Below, one piece after another: positions 26,670-40,647 of a stretch of 64,000 nt of DNA (position 1 is the first letter of the stretch; every line of letters begins with the position of its first letter). Position numbers and translations under genes: made by a program. Origin of the DNA: Malacoraja senta (lineage: Eukaryota). The DNA lies in NCBI GenBank assembly GCA_038087875.1, contig CM075980.1:22134001-22198000 (forward strand), written 5' to 3'. Below the pieces are notes generated by a model. That model saw only the letters and a list, made by a program, of their open reading frames with translations, searched no databases and had not been told where the DNA came from.

Positions 26670-26980
26670 TGTTTAGTTTAGTGATACAGTGAAACGGGCC
26701 CTTCGGACCACCGGGTCCACGCCAACCAGTAATCACCGCACACTAGCACTATCCTGCACACACCAAGGACAATTTACAATTATACCAACCCAATTAATCA
26801 ACAGACCTGTATGTCTTTGGAGTGTAGGAGGTAACTGAAGATCTCGGTGAAAACCCATGCAAGTCAGTGGGGGAGCGTACAAACTCCTACAGACAACACC
26901 CGTAGTCAGGATTGAACCCGGGTCTCTGGCACTGCAAGCGTGGTAAGGCAGCAACTCTACTGCTCTGCCACCATGCCGCC
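26670..26980 (-). mobile_element. tRNA-derived SINE (HE1/V-SINE-like)
   Basis: Reverse complement of the family head (ggcagcaactctac, gaacccgggtctctgg) and ctaaa tail. Confidence 0.8.
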
Positions 26981-27894
26981 CTCATTGTTGTATTTATTAC
27001 TACATGTACACTGTTTACTCTGTGAGCTTCATATGAACATGGAACTTCCTTGCACCGTGATGTATATGACAATAAACTAATCTGATCTGGATTTGATCTG
27101 ATGTGTTATGGAAATGTAAAAAATACTGCCATTAGTATGGACAATTTACTTAGAAATGTTTTATTAAATTAGAACGTGTTTAAATATATACTTGTATTTT
27201 AAAATAAAAAAATTATTACATTGGAAAAAGAAGAAGAATTTGTTAATCTTTATGAAAATTTGTGACATCCAAAAGAAAATTGCACCTGCAACAGTAGAGA
27301 CCCGGATCAGTGAGCAAGATGTCTCAATGGATCAAAAATACAAAAGCTTTATCCAAAGATTCAAAAATACCCCAAATGCCTCAATTCAGTTCATTGAAAT
27401 CATGGTCCAACAAAATTAAGTTTTTGATAATTCAAGACTACTTAGTGACTTCAATAAAACAGACCATAATCGGACAATGTACGACGTACCTTGTAAAACA
27501 CTCAAAAGCATACATTTTTAAAAACTAGGACAAGTGCATCTTTCAGTAACTCCCTGCCTGCTGTTCTAAGTCTAGGTTAGGACAGCTAACCACAGCATTT
27601 CAGAGGTTAGATATTGTAACATGATATTTTGTCACTTAACCTTGGTTTTCTGTTATAAATTTCAGCAATACTGTATAACCAAGTCTAAACAACGAAATAT
27701 GTGCAGATATTTTGATGCTTAATCATCTATGTGAAACGTGATATCAGATGGGAAATACAAAATATTTGGAATAGTGGGTACATTTTTAGAACTATTTTCA
27801 AAGAAAACCAGCATTTTACCTTGACGACTAATTTAGTTGGGTTATTGTCGTCTCTATCGTCATCACTGTCTATATCTCTCATTTCCCTTATCCA

Positions 27895-27995
27895 TAACCA
27901 GTCTGAAGAAGGGTCGCGACCTGAAACGTCACCCATTCCTTCTCTCCAGAGATGCTGCGTGTCCCGCTGAGTTACTCCAGCTTTTTGTGTCTATT
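27895..27995 (+). mobile_element. Penelope-derived short element with intact hammerhead core
   Basis: CTGAAGA-A-GGGT(CGCG)ACCT-GAAAC-GTC at 27903-27930, followed by agatgctg...gctgagttactccagc. Confidence 0.7.
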
Positions 27996-28364
27996 TTTAG
28001 TTGGGTTATGCTTATAGTACACTGTGTACCATCATGACTTAATGTTCAAGTATAAATTAAGCTTTGCTCAAGAGAAATGTCACAAAATCGCTGTGTCACA
28101 GAAAATTCACAGCTCAAAAAAAGTAGGTCATTCAGTCATCATATGAGAGATAATTTTAAAAAGCTATTAAATAATTCCACTGTTATGTACTAGGTCTGTA
28201 ACCCTGTAGGCCACAGCTCTTCAAATACACATGCAAATATTATTTACATATGATGACAGTTTACCCAGTTCCAGACACCCAAAACGCTTTTCCTCATCTA
28301 TCCTCCACCATTAACTTTTATCGTATCCCTCTGGTTTTTGAGTGCTAATAATATCCTTCCTAAT

Positions 28365-28720
28365 TATCTGAAAGAGGTGTATGAAACCACGAGGGGAATA
28401 GATCGCGTGAATATACAGAGTCTTTTACCCAGGGGAGGGGAATCAAGAACCAGAGGACATAGGTTTAACCTGAGAGGGGCAAGATTTAATAGGAATCCGA
28501 GGAGAAACTCTTTCAGAGGGTGGTGGGTATATGGAACGAGCTGCCAGAGGAGGTAGTTAAGGCAGGCACTATAACAGCATTTAAAAGACACTTGGACAGT
28601 TACATGGATAAGAAAGGTTTAGGATATGGGTTAAACGCAGGCAAAGGGATTAGCCTAGACTGGTGCATCTTGGTCGACATGGATGAGTTGGACTGACGGG
28701 CAAGTTTCTGCGCTGTACAA
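28365..28720 (+). mobile_element. CR1 LINE 3' fragment
   Basis: EVY...RGIDRVN...ESRTRGHRF...RNSF, the typical CR1 ORF2 tail, plus 3' UTR. Confidence 0.8.
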
Positions 28721-29861
28721 CTACTCTTAGAGGTCCCTCACAACATTATGGCTATTTTTCAGTCAGCTTCAAAAATAAATTGTTTTTCCCCACAGTTTAT
28801 ACAAACTGAAGCTTCTAAACCCAATGAAATAAAAACAAATGTGTTAACTTTTATTTCCAGGTTGAATTTTTTAAATGGAATTCAATGATGATTGCAAGCT
28901 ATCAGCCCCTTTAACCAATCACACTTCCATTGCTCAATGCAAACAATATATACCAATAATTCAGCAGAGTAAAGTGTGACTCCTAAATTTAAGATTAAAA
29001 CTTCTATTTATATTGAACATTTGTGTAATAAATCATCCAATGACACAAGCATTAACCTGTAAAATCTGAAAACCAAGCCTCAAACCAAACCAAATCTGAA
29101 AGAGGCTTCTGATATTGATTAGATGGTCAAAAAGATTGTTTTAAAAAGTTTGAAAGATTGAAACATTTAAAGGGGCAAAACAAACTAGGGAGAGAAATGC
29201 AGATTTTATGGCAAGATCAGCAATGGCAAGCAATTAAGTGGAGGGCTGGTCAAGAGGTCAATAGTGAATGAGCACAGATATTTTAAAGAGTGCAGGGCTG
29301 GAGGAGATTCCAGAAATAGAACAGAGCAGGATAGGCTTGGGAAGGTTTATAAAACAGAAATTAGAATTTTAAAGATATTGCTTAAGGAGGTAATCTAGGT
29401 CAAAATTAGAGAATCAAAATCACGAATATTTCTTAATGAAGATCCATAACTTCAGGAAATTAGCTAGTAATTGAACAAATATTCAACACATTTGAACAGA
29501 AACTGAATTAAATTATGTAAATAGATGCACAGACATGCATGTTGCCAGGGGTAACAAGCTGTACAGGGGCTGTGGTTATGGATATCCTAATTTCAAAGCT
29601 TTGGATGATCAAAAGTTAGGTTTTTGACTAGATCAGCCATCCAAATATCTAAACTGATGACAATACAATTAGCCAACGTGTTCCCCGTGATTACATATAA
29701 AATGTGGTTTGCTGAAGTAAATTGTACTGCACAAAATGAAATACTACATGAATACATCAAAATTCAACATATACTGATATTATACAGTTTGAAATTCTGA
29801 AAGCACAAGTACTTAATTGTTGTGAGGAAGAGAAATCTGAATGCCTTTCCTGATCGCATAC

Positions 29862-29982
29862 CTTCTGATGGCTGGTGACTTCGTCTTTGCTCCTACCCAG
29901 CTCGCTTGCCAGTTTGCTGTTTTCCTCATGTACTACTGCCAGCTGCTGGGACTTCTGGGCTGCTGCCAGCTTCAGCTCCTCT
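29862..29982 (-). CDS. CLIP1: CLIP1 exon (121 nt)
   Basis: [40 protein letters not shown]. Acceptor ttgcag, donor gtatgc, phase 2 to 0. Confidence 0.95.
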
Positions 29983-31379
29983 CTGCAAAGGCAAAGTGAG
30001 TGCACGGTTACTATAGTAACCACTGATGAGAGTCAAGCAAAGAAGCAGTGGGAGAGGATCAGCATCATATCTTTAAAATGTTTCTAGGTCACATATGCTA
30101 ATCTGATGCAAGATGTGCAAAATAAGCGTTCATTGTTAAAAATACAAATCATGCAAAAATTAAACTAGGAGTTTCAGAATGATAAAACTTAAAATGTCCA
30201 GGGAGATGCAAAGTTCTTAAACAACAACAGGAGCAGTCATATTTTTAGAATTATTTTGCAAGCTTCACTCGTTCCTTGCTGCTAACAAACTGATCCACTG
30301 CAACTTTCAGGTAAAAAACAACCATTTTAGCTATAAAGCTTCTTACATCAATTTCAAGGGCTATATTCACTTAAAACATGCATATTTATTTTGTCTAACA
30401 TCAACATTATCATGGAGAATACGTTTGAAAAGCTGCATGCTTGAATAATATCTCACAGTACAGAATTCCCATTTTAAACCAGACTACTTAATGACCCAAA
30501 CCATTAAGAGATACAATGTTCTCCCTCTAGTACAAGCAGATTTGTGTACTGAATCACCATGACAAAATGGTGAAGTAATAATGTACTATATCCCACCGCT
30601 CCGCACGAGGTAATTTCCTGACCTCAAAGATTTGCTGGAAAAAGGTGGGTGGAGAAAAAAAAGCTTCCGTGAAGAGTTGGGAAGGTGGTGGAAAATGGTA
30701 GAGCAGAAGGATCAGTCATTTCAGAGCCCCTAAGAGCTAGTGGAGAACAGAACTGGCAAAAAGCCAGAAACTATTTGGCAAAGATTAAGAGCACAGACTG
30801 AAAAAGCATTTTTTAAATGGTAGAAAATATATTAAATGTTGCACGTCAAAGAATAATGAATAAGATGTTATGAAAAAGAAAAACCCAAATCTGAAAGTAA
30901 AGACAAAAATACACAGCTGTCAGAATTTATAAATCAAAAAAGATATATGGTATTTATTAAAATGAAGCATAAAAACAACAAATATTTCAAGAACGTTGGA
31001 ATTCAGAAATTCAGATGGAGGGTGGCAGCCACACATCAAATACAACAGGCTTAGTGGCCTCAATGTGCTCAATAGAAATCCAGGTCTGTGATGTGATGCA
31101 GCAATATAAACATGTATATGTAGACACCCTTTTTGGAGGGGCAAAAGGGAGGAGCTATAAACACCAAAAAAATGTGTACATTTAAGAAAAAATAGCCAGT
31201 TTCACAGAGAGCAAAACAGAAATGAAAGCAAAAAAAATGAAGGAAGATCCACAAACTTTTCACCTATCTTCTTTGAACAAAAGACTGGCCCACATGTCAA
31301 GATGTCAGCTCTGGAAATAGGAGGATATCTTGGATGCTTAAGTGTGGAAAGCAGAGTCAAACCAGTGGATACAAACTCA

Positions 31380-31985
31380 GCGTCATACAGCATTGAAACA
31401 GGCCGTTCAGCCCAACCCATGCCGACCAAGGTACCCTATCTAACCTAGTCACATTTGTCTGCATTTGGGTCATATCCTTCTAAACTTCTCTATCCATGTA
31501 CCTGTCCAAGTATCTTTTAAATGCTATAGTACCTATCTAAACGACCTCCTTTGGCAGCTCATTCCATATACCCACCACCCTCTGATTACAAATGTTGTCC
31601 ATTAGGTTCCTATTAAATCTTTCTCCGCTTACCTTAAACCTATGTCCTTTGGTTCTTGATTCCCCAACCCCAGGTAAAAGACTCGGCATTTATCTTATCA
31701 ATCCCCCTCATGATTTAATACACTTCTATAAGATTACCCTTCAGCCTCCTGCGCTCCAAGGAATAAATGCCTAGCTTGCCCAACCTCTCCCTATAGTTCA
31801 GTCCCTCAAGTCATGGCAACATCCTTGTAAGTCTTCTTGTTACTCTTTGACATCTTTCCTATAGCAGGGTGACAAAAACTTAACATAATACTGAAAATGT
31901 AGTTGTGCCAAGATCTTATACAACTAACATAACATCTGATGAAGGCCAAGCACCAAAAGCCTGGTTTACCACCCTATCTACCTGT
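31380..31985 (-). mobile_element. CR1 LINE 3' fragment
   Basis: Reverse-complement similarity to 28365-28720. Confidence 0.75.
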
Positions 31986-34625
31986 GAATTAACATGTCTT
32001 TAAGAAGCACATCAACAGAAACATAGAGGGGATAGTTCAGAAAAAACTCAGAAGGGATAGGTGTGAGAAAAGGATAGGTGTGAGAAAAGTACAGACTGTA
32101 AACAAAGTTCTACTTTAAGACTGGAGATATCAAAACCGTTGCAATTTTAGGCAAAAAACCCAAATGATGTTACCATCATCAAGCAAAGTGGAACAAAAAA
32201 TCATAAAGCTGAAATCACTTTTGGTTACTCCAGATCAATAATTTTAAGTGGAAACATGGTTCTTCTCAACTTGTGCTAGTTTGGATGGGGCTACATGATG
32301 TCTATTGGGAAGGTGTAAGCTTACAATCTTCATTCTGCATGGTGTGGATCAAGCAGAAGCAATGTATCAAATGGGGAAAGGAAGCATTTCTTGTGAGTTT
32401 ACCAACCCAGACTGCCGACATGTCTGCTAAAAAAAAAGGCCTTGGCAGTATACACAGGCGCAGAAAATAATTGGGTAATTGTGCACAGCATCTGCATAGG
32501 GATGAATGCAAGGCATCAAACTTGGTTCAATTTACAGAACCAACAGCATTTACCAGCAAGATTTAGCCGGGCGAGTTTCAAATTTTAAACGCAAGATCAA
32601 AAATGTGTTATATTATTTACACATAAACAGCTTTGTTCTAAATCACACACAGCAACTGAGCCAACTGAGGAAGCACTCTCTTTAAAACCTCTGGCCAATT
32701 TTTTGTTCATTCCTTAAATATCTCCTTCTTGGGCTTATTTAAGTTCTAAAGCATTTTCCACCTAAAAAGGTATTCCATAAAATTAAGTTTGTTTTTAAAA
32801 TTAGGATAAAAGCATGTTGACACAATACAACAATAACCAAGTTAGGCATTAGATACCCATGCAATCAGATAAGGAAAATGAATGTTATAATGCACCTTTA
32901 TTTCTTAAACCATTTTATTACTATGGGTTGGATTGTGCTGTCCACAGCCACTGGTTCTGACTGGAACCAGCACTGTTCGGATGTTGAAGCTACAATAAAT
33001 CCGGGATTTATTGGCAGGTTTGAAAGGATTTAGCAGTGCCAGCTGTTTCAGGCATAAAGCCTCTTTATGACCATGTCTCTATGTTCTAGGTAGCAGCATT
33101 TCAGTGATATAAGCTCATGACCCAAGTAAGCATGGCTGTGTGTGGTCAGACAGGGCCACTATTTTGCCATTATCCTAATGCAACAAAATTATATCGATGA
33201 TACATTTACTTACCATTTCATTCAACAACAAAAAACTTTGTTAGAAATAAATGTGTGCTGCAATCATAGAAAAATTGTAGCTATTTTGTGTAATATTAAA
33301 TTCAATGTATGTAAGAATTTAATGTATGTATTAAGGTCACAAAGTCTAACTAACTAAAATTAACCAGATACAAAAACAGAAAATGCCCAGAATTCTCAGC
33401 AGGTTAACACTTCCTTTGTTTCCCCTCTGTACAAATGCTGTCTGACCTGCTGAGTGACTAACAATTTTATTATATTTCAGACTTCCAACATTTGCAATTT
33501 ATTTTTGCTTCAATTGATAAAGTTAGCCAAAATAATTTGAATAATTGCATCAGGCTTCTAAGCATCTAAATTTCATCAAAACAAAGTGAAAGTGCAATTC
33601 CATGATGAGCAAGTAAAACCAAAGGACACTACATTTCAATAGATGTTGAATAATATGAAATGATGTTTGTGATTTAATAACAAGTACTTACCATTTATTT
33701 TAGCTAATGGTGTATTGTCACGTTAAGTTACAGAAGCCATATAATAATTTCAAATTGTAATTACTGAAGAACTAGATTTGAATTTTTTTTTTAAACAGTA
33801 AAATAAAGCAAACTTCCCTTATTTTAATAACCATTAACAAAGAATAGGGAATGCATAAACTACCCAAAGCATATAGTTACTGTGCAATATACCCAATATT
33901 TCAAACCACACACAGATATTAAAACTATGATTCTATTAAACAACGTGAAAAAAATATATAGTTCATTTGAACTTTAACATTTGGCCTCATACCAAGTCAT
34001 TGACAAGTCATAAGGCATTGATACATGAACACATACATGCAAGTCTCCTGGCATGCCCATGACAATACTAAAAGCTTTGGACATGTAAAAGCTGAGATGC
34101 TACATTGTTTATGAACATAATTTTGTGCACACATGAACGTACAGGTGCCAGCATGCTCAGAGGTGTAAAAAGTGCCTTGTTTAAATATAAATCACCCCAG
34201 AAGTGTAATTTAAACCTAAAGAGTGTTTAACATTGGATGAAGTGTTTTAACCATATCCTGACGAACAGAAATTGTCCAAGGAGGATGACGGGTGGACAGT
34301 ACCGTACCATGAAACACCATGCTTCTGCAGCATTGGGTAAGAATTAAAAATCAGAATTTATTGTGATCGATATCCAGTTCTCGCAAAATTTCAGGCAGCA
34401 TAGAGCCTAGATAGTCAATAAAACAAATATAAATGTATACAATCAGTATTCAATTGAATTCATGAAACTAGTTTCTAATCCCAAAATGCAACATCTTCAT
34501 CATCTTGAAAATCTGGTCAGTACATTGACTAGGATTCATTATTCCCCCGAAACTAAGGGATGAAACAGAGGGATTGCATAATATCATTGAGTATTCACTG
34601 TTGATAACAAAGCTTACACCTTTAA

Positions 34626-34862
34626 GGGCCTGTCCCACTTAGGCGACCTTTACAGGCGACTGCCGGCACACGTCATAGGTCGCCGAAATTTTCAACATGT
34701 TGAAAATTCAGCGGCGACCAGAAATACGCTACGACTCTTTGGAGACCTCTCACGACCATAGGCTGTATGATCGTGAGAGGTCTCCTATGGTCGTGAGAGG
34801 TCACCCGCAACATGTCGCCAGGGGTCGCCTGTATGGTCGTGAGAGGTCTCCTATGGTCGTGG
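34626..34862 (+). mobile_element. One-ended fragment of a DNA transposon related to 423-1245
   Basis: ttaa|GGGCCTGTCCCAC terminus; internal direct and inverted copies of tatggtcgtgagaggtctcc; no right TIR seen. Confidence 0.7.
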
Positions 34863-36919
34863 AAATGTCCCATTTCCATTATTCCTCCAGAAGGGAAGCA
34901 ACTTGTCTCCCTGTTATCATGTCTACAGACAATTGATTTAACTAATGGTCACACAGGTGCCAGCATGTTCAGAGTTGAACAAAGTAATTTTGCAGAGGAT
35001 CACCAGCAACAAACATAAATGGACATCCTGCCCTTCTACATTAGACAATATAGCATCACTGTGCAGCTGCCATTATGATTTGGTTATGTAAAATGTTGAC
35101 ATTGCCGTTTATCCTCAAATATTCAAAGATTAATGGAAGGCAACATTGGTCTTTGCCATCATACAATGCCATCATACTTTTTAACAAGAAGATTTGAATT
35201 CACTCTTGGCTGAACAATGAACTCCGTTCAGCAAGACGACTTTAACAGAGAATGCACCGATCCTAATAATATCCACCTCTGACTATCCAACATATTCAGC
35301 TGTGCCAGAATGCGGCTAACAGTGAAATAGGTATTTGCACTTTTTTTCTGCAACATTAACTCTGTTTGTCAATGTATCATCAATGATAGATCGCAATGAT
35401 ACATGTTATCATTCACAAAATATGTTAATTAAAATATGCAAAACATATTTGCTGCAATGAGAGATTATACAACAGAAATCAAGAATACAATCATACATTA
35501 ATATAGTAAATCATTATTTCCAAGCAGTAGTTTATCGAGATAATAAACAAGGATTTTCTTGTATTCAAAATAAATTATGAAAAATCAAATTATTTCTAAA
35601 ATGAACATTTATAAAGCCAAATGCTGAGATATTAGATATCGCAAAATGAGTTGCATGGCCATCTTTTTGTTTAAATATTCTACTGATTCTCATATTAAGA
35701 TGCATCCCAAAAATTGTTTGCAAAGGAGACAAAAGAGGATATTACATTCACATGGAATGTGACCAAACAGTCCTTTTAAAATATGATGAACCTTGTCCTG
35801 TTCCTCCATGTTTCTGTCAGAAAGCACCAACAAACAAAATGCAAATGGAAAATGTATTTTTTTTTAAATTGAACACCATTCAAGGACTTTTTCCCCAAAT
35901 ACATCTGACAATCAGCATCAATGCCAATAGTTAACATTAATTATTTCCAAAAGCAATGTATTTATTTCTAAAGTAAAAAAAAACAAAGAGCTGAAAGAAC
36001 TCCGCAGGCCATGCAGCATCCATGGGGAGTAAAGGGTAGATGACATTTTGGGTTGGAACCAGTCGTCCTACTGACATAGAGGGGAGAAAGCTGGGGCGGA
36101 GTGGAAAAAGAGAGATTGAGAAGGGAGAGGGGGGAGAAATTAGCAAACAAAGGTGTCACAGAAAGAAGTATCAAAATCAAGCCCATATAATTTCCTAATC
36201 CTCTTGCAATCTCTGCGTTGCTCCATTTTTGGTACCACATACAGACGAATATGTAATTATTTCACCAATGCTAGCCAGGATGCTACCAACTTTTTTGTAC
36301 CTTAGCTCTGGGATTCGCTTCTTACATCTCTGCCCCTTTCCCCTTTTGTGAGATGCTCCATAAAATCTCGCTCTTTGATTACATTTCTGATCATCTTTTC
36401 TTGCATAAACATTTGGGGGGGGGGGGGGGGGGTCAATACTATTTTTTAAATACTTCTGATTTTGTTAAAAGCCCTGAGAGGTTTAGCTATATTGAAAGCA
36501 CAGCATAACTATAAGGAGTAGTCATAATTTCCAAAATTAAGAAAATTCACTGTACATGTGAGAAGGACAAGGATTCAAAATTCAAACTGTTGACAGAACA
36601 AATCAAACTTTTTGGCCCAGAGGGTTGAGAAACCTGTTTCCATACTGTCTCTCTCCACAATGCCAATTCATTCACTATTTTATTTTTTATTCAAAAGGCA
36701 TACTCAGAAATTAGGTGCTATATAAATGTAAGTAACAAATCCCTTCTAAGGACATGAACTGTACAAGGTATTCATTTAGTTAAATAAGAACTTGCATATG
36801 AAATGGCCAATGCAAGACTCTTTAAACACACATGAAATTAATGCCTTCAAGGAAGGACGAGGAATGGAGGAAAATTGCATTTGGTGAAATGTGTGGGATT
36901 AAAAAAAAATGATTGATTG

Positions 36920-37210
36920 AATTGATTGATACAGCCTGGAAAAAAGTGCATTGGCCCACCAAGTCCATGCCGATCATTGGATCACCTGATCACACTCGTT
37001 TTATGTTATCAACCAGTCAACTATTCCCTGCACAGTTGGGCAATTTTCAGAGGCCAATTAACGTACAAACCCACACATCTTTGGGACTTGGGAGGAAACC
37101 GGAGCACCTGAGAATACCCATGCAGTCACAGGGAGAATGTGCAAACTTCACACATATAGCACCCGAGGTCAAGATCGAACCTTGGCCACTGGTGCTGTGC
37201 AGCTGCAGTT
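36920..37210 (-). mobile_element. tRNA-derived SINE (HE1/V-SINE-like)
   Basis: ggaggaaaccggagcacc...cagtcacagggaga...gatcgaacc family motifs. Confidence 0.75.
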
Positions 37211-37552
37211 CTAATTCTGATAACGTTGCAAAGACAATCGTGTCTTTTAATTTCAGTACAGCAAATGATTCCAATCGCAACCAATTAACTTTTTTTAAAC
37301 CAAAGGAAGATACCATTCAAATTCCAAACATGGAGACGACAAATAAATCACTATTTAAATATCATGATCGCACAAAGATTTCCATAGACAGGTGATTGGA
37401 ACAAAATGAATTATCCCCCACTGTGTCATATGAAAAGCTGAAGAAGATTAGTGAAATTAATTCTTATGTTAAGTGATGACAATATTGCCAGAAAAGAATC
37501 TATCTATACCAGCATGTCACTGTCATTTTGAACATTAAGTACGATTACTTAC

Positions 37553-37659
37553 ATTTCTTTGCAAAGGCTTCCTATTGTCTTATTCTCTGAGCTGAGCTGC
37601 TGTTTTGAGTGGTTCAAGTCTTCTTGGCATTTATTGTTCTGGTCCTTAAGAGCTTCCAG
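37553..37659 (-). CDS. CLIP1: CLIP1 exon (107 nt)
   Basis: LEALKDQNNKCQEDLNHSKQQLSSENKTIGSLCKE(I). Acceptor tatcag, donor gtaagt, phase 0 to 2. Confidence 0.9.
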
Positions 37660-38579
37660 CTGATAAAGAAAATATAAAAGGTCTTTGCATTGAAAAATAT
37701 GACAATTAAAAAAAGAAAAGAAAATAGGTGACCTCTTACAGCATCGAATAGAGATGGATTTTACTCCAACATGTTAACAAAAATTAGACAGACGATAATT
37801 TATACTGTCTCAAAACTGTGAAACTCAGGAAAGAAACCGTATTATCATTGCACAGAAAGATTAATATCTCTTTACATGCTACTCCATTAACACTATGTTT
37901 GCTACCACAGCTAAATGGTGCAAATATTAAAATAAAAAAATAATAAAAAATTACAATAACTGCCAGCCCGGGGAACATTCAAATGTAGTAAACCCAACAA
38001 AGACCTGAAAAATGCAAATTTTATCTTGATTCCTAAAAAAAGTCATTCATTACACACATTAATCATTACCAGAATATACCATAACTGTTCACTGGGCTTT
38101 TGATACAAAAACAGAAACAGAGAATCATCTGTTCTTTAAAAATCATACCTTAAGCTGTACAGAGAAGTAATAAGGTGAATAATTATCCTGCAAAGCTCTG
38201 ATATCCATTACTGATGATAAAGATAATTGCTTCCTTAAAAAATTATTCTGAAGATATGATGTACTACATGCCTTGGATATTGAACCTGAATGCTCACTGC
38301 CATCATCTGTCACATGCTTAGTTGCATAACAAAGATTTTGTTGTACTGCCTCCAACCAGCTGTCCAAGTACTACAGTTTCCTGCATCTTTGCCTGTAACA
38401 AATCAGCTTTTATGCACAAATGAAATCACCTAAAGCTCAGTGAACTCAAATTCCCAACATTATTTCATATTATTTAATATGAGTTCCAGTAAACAACCCC
38501 AAAAGGTTTGTCTGAACAATTTATATAATAATCTGTCTCTTCCACCATATTCTCCTCAAGATATGCCTACTTTGGCTCC

Positions 38580-38730
38580 AATCCCTCAGCCATCGGGCTC
38601 CTCCTCCACCTTTTTCCTTTCTTCTCCCCACCCCCCATCAGTCTGAAGAAGGGTTTCGGCCCTAAACGTTGCCTATTTCCTTCGCTCCATAGATGCTGCT
38701 GCACCCGCTGAGTTTCTCCAGCATTTTTGT
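38580..38730 (+). mobile_element. Penelope 3'-end fragment with hammerhead motif (GAAA to TAAA)
   Basis: Near-identical to about 2474-2618. Confidence 0.8.
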
Positions 38731-40509
38731 ATAGTATTTTGTTGATTTGTATTGAGTGTATGTAACTCTTCAGAATATCAAGCAGGTTTAAAAAAAAAAT
38801 GATGAAGTCCAATGGAGATTACATTATAATATATAAGATTGCAAATATTGCTTCAAAAAAAATGCTTAAAAACTCAGTGGGTCAAACTGTATCTGTGGGT
38901 GTAAATGGTTTAAAATATTAGGACTGCAATGTCTCAACTTGAAATTTTGACAATTCCATCTCCCCACTGTCCCTACAGATGCTGCTCGACCCACTGAGTT
39001 CCTCCAGTAGTTTGTTTTTGTGCTCCATATTTCAGCATTTGCAGAATGCTGAAATATTGGCATAAATTCTAGTCTTTTACCACTCATTTTATTTGTGGCA
39101 GACGGGAGAAGCTGCAATGGTTATGTAATTTGCTGCTGATGTGGAGTTCAACAGGTCAGACTGGAAAAGATAAGAGCAGAACTAAAGAGCAATTGGTTTC
39201 CCAACCCAACAGAGCTTCTTACATAAAGTTTGTTCGACAACCAACCCCCAATAAAGCCACAATTAGCTCTAATTAGCACAAAAGCTCTATTTTGGCTAAG
39301 GTACAAGCTGAAATCACAAAACGGTTACATTTTATGAGTCCGACTCAGAAACCCAGAATGATTTAGGTGAAGATTGGAAAGAGATGACAAAATCTTGAAG
39401 TAGGAATTGTTGATGGCAAGAGATAATATTAAAGATGTAAAATTGTTATCCTTGAGTGCAAATCATAGTTGTCGTCTTCCCCCATCTCAGCAGTTTACCA
39501 CAGCATATTGAGAGCCTTGAACTGCAGTTCTGGTCTCTTGTGCAACACCCGCTTTCTTTGCTTGATGGTCGCACTGGTCTTCAGTGTTTTAGGCCCTGAA
39601 CTAGAAGATCACCCCCTAGTTTGATGCCTTAATCTCGTCTTAAGATACTTCGTCAAACCTACCTATGTGAACAAGCTTTTGATCTCTGGACCCAATAACT
39701 CCCCATTTGACTCTGTCAACATCAGTCTGATTATATTTCTCTGAAGCACCTTGGAACATTTTATGATATGAAGAAGTGTATAAATGCAAATTGTAATCTG
39801 TTACTCAAGGCATTTATTAGTGCAGCAAGTAAAGGAAAACGTGATGCTTAATGTAACATGCAGGAAGTGCATACCATTTTTTATTTGTGTAAACAAATGA
39901 TCGGGATAGACATTTAATTGGAGCCTTTCAGGAATGAAGTTAGAGAACAAACACAAAGCAAGACAAACATGTAATAAAGACAAAAATTGTTGGAAATAAT
40001 TAACAAATCAAGCTGCCTAGCTACATATGTGGAAGGAGAGGTTTTATGTTTCAGGCAATGACCTGTCATCAGAACTTAAAAGTAACTGACCACAACACTA
40101 CTTCTTCTCTATCTAACTTGCTGAGTATTTTCAGTTTCCATGCAGTTTTTAGAATTTGCAGCTTTTTCTTGATGTTATAAATTTGCAATAATCTTCCATA
40201 AATAAACAAATGGTGCTCTGTTATCTTTAATTCTGAGACCATTAACATATTTGTTTATCAAAACTGTCAGGGATTAATCATAGGCAATGATATGGAGTTA
40301 GTATACAGCTGATTTAACAGAACAGATTGCTGGAGCTAAGTAGATTGCACCCAAATTTTTCTTAATGCATCAATACAACTGAGACATCATCCACTCTATT
40401 TTTTACCCATTCTTTACAATCATTTCAGTGCTTCAGAGCAATACTTTAGAAATCATATTGTTTAAAGTTCTGGAGCCAACAGACAAAATAGCAATGAACT
40501 GGTCGTTAC

Positions 40510-40647
40510 CTCATTTTCAAGCTTCTGGTTCTTTAATTTGGACTCTTCCAATTCTGCCAAACTTTTATCCTTCTGTTCGTCCAATATATTTTTCTCCTTC
40601 ATAACCTTCTCTAACGACTGCTCAGCCTCTTCAGCTTTTCTCGAAGC
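40510..40647 (-). CDS. CLIP1: CLIP1 exon (138 nt)
   Basis: ASRKAEEAEQSLEKVMKEK...LEESKLKNQKLENE. Acceptor ttttag, donor gtaacg, phase 0-0. Confidence 0.9.

Noticed and set aside
33692-33703. 12-nt microexon with a perfect ATG|gtaagt donor
   Set aside because: There is no pyrimidine tract and it gives an immediate in-frame TAA, so it is probably chance.
36415-36432. G18 homopolymer
   Set aside because: A simple run whose length is unreliable, with no context suggesting function.
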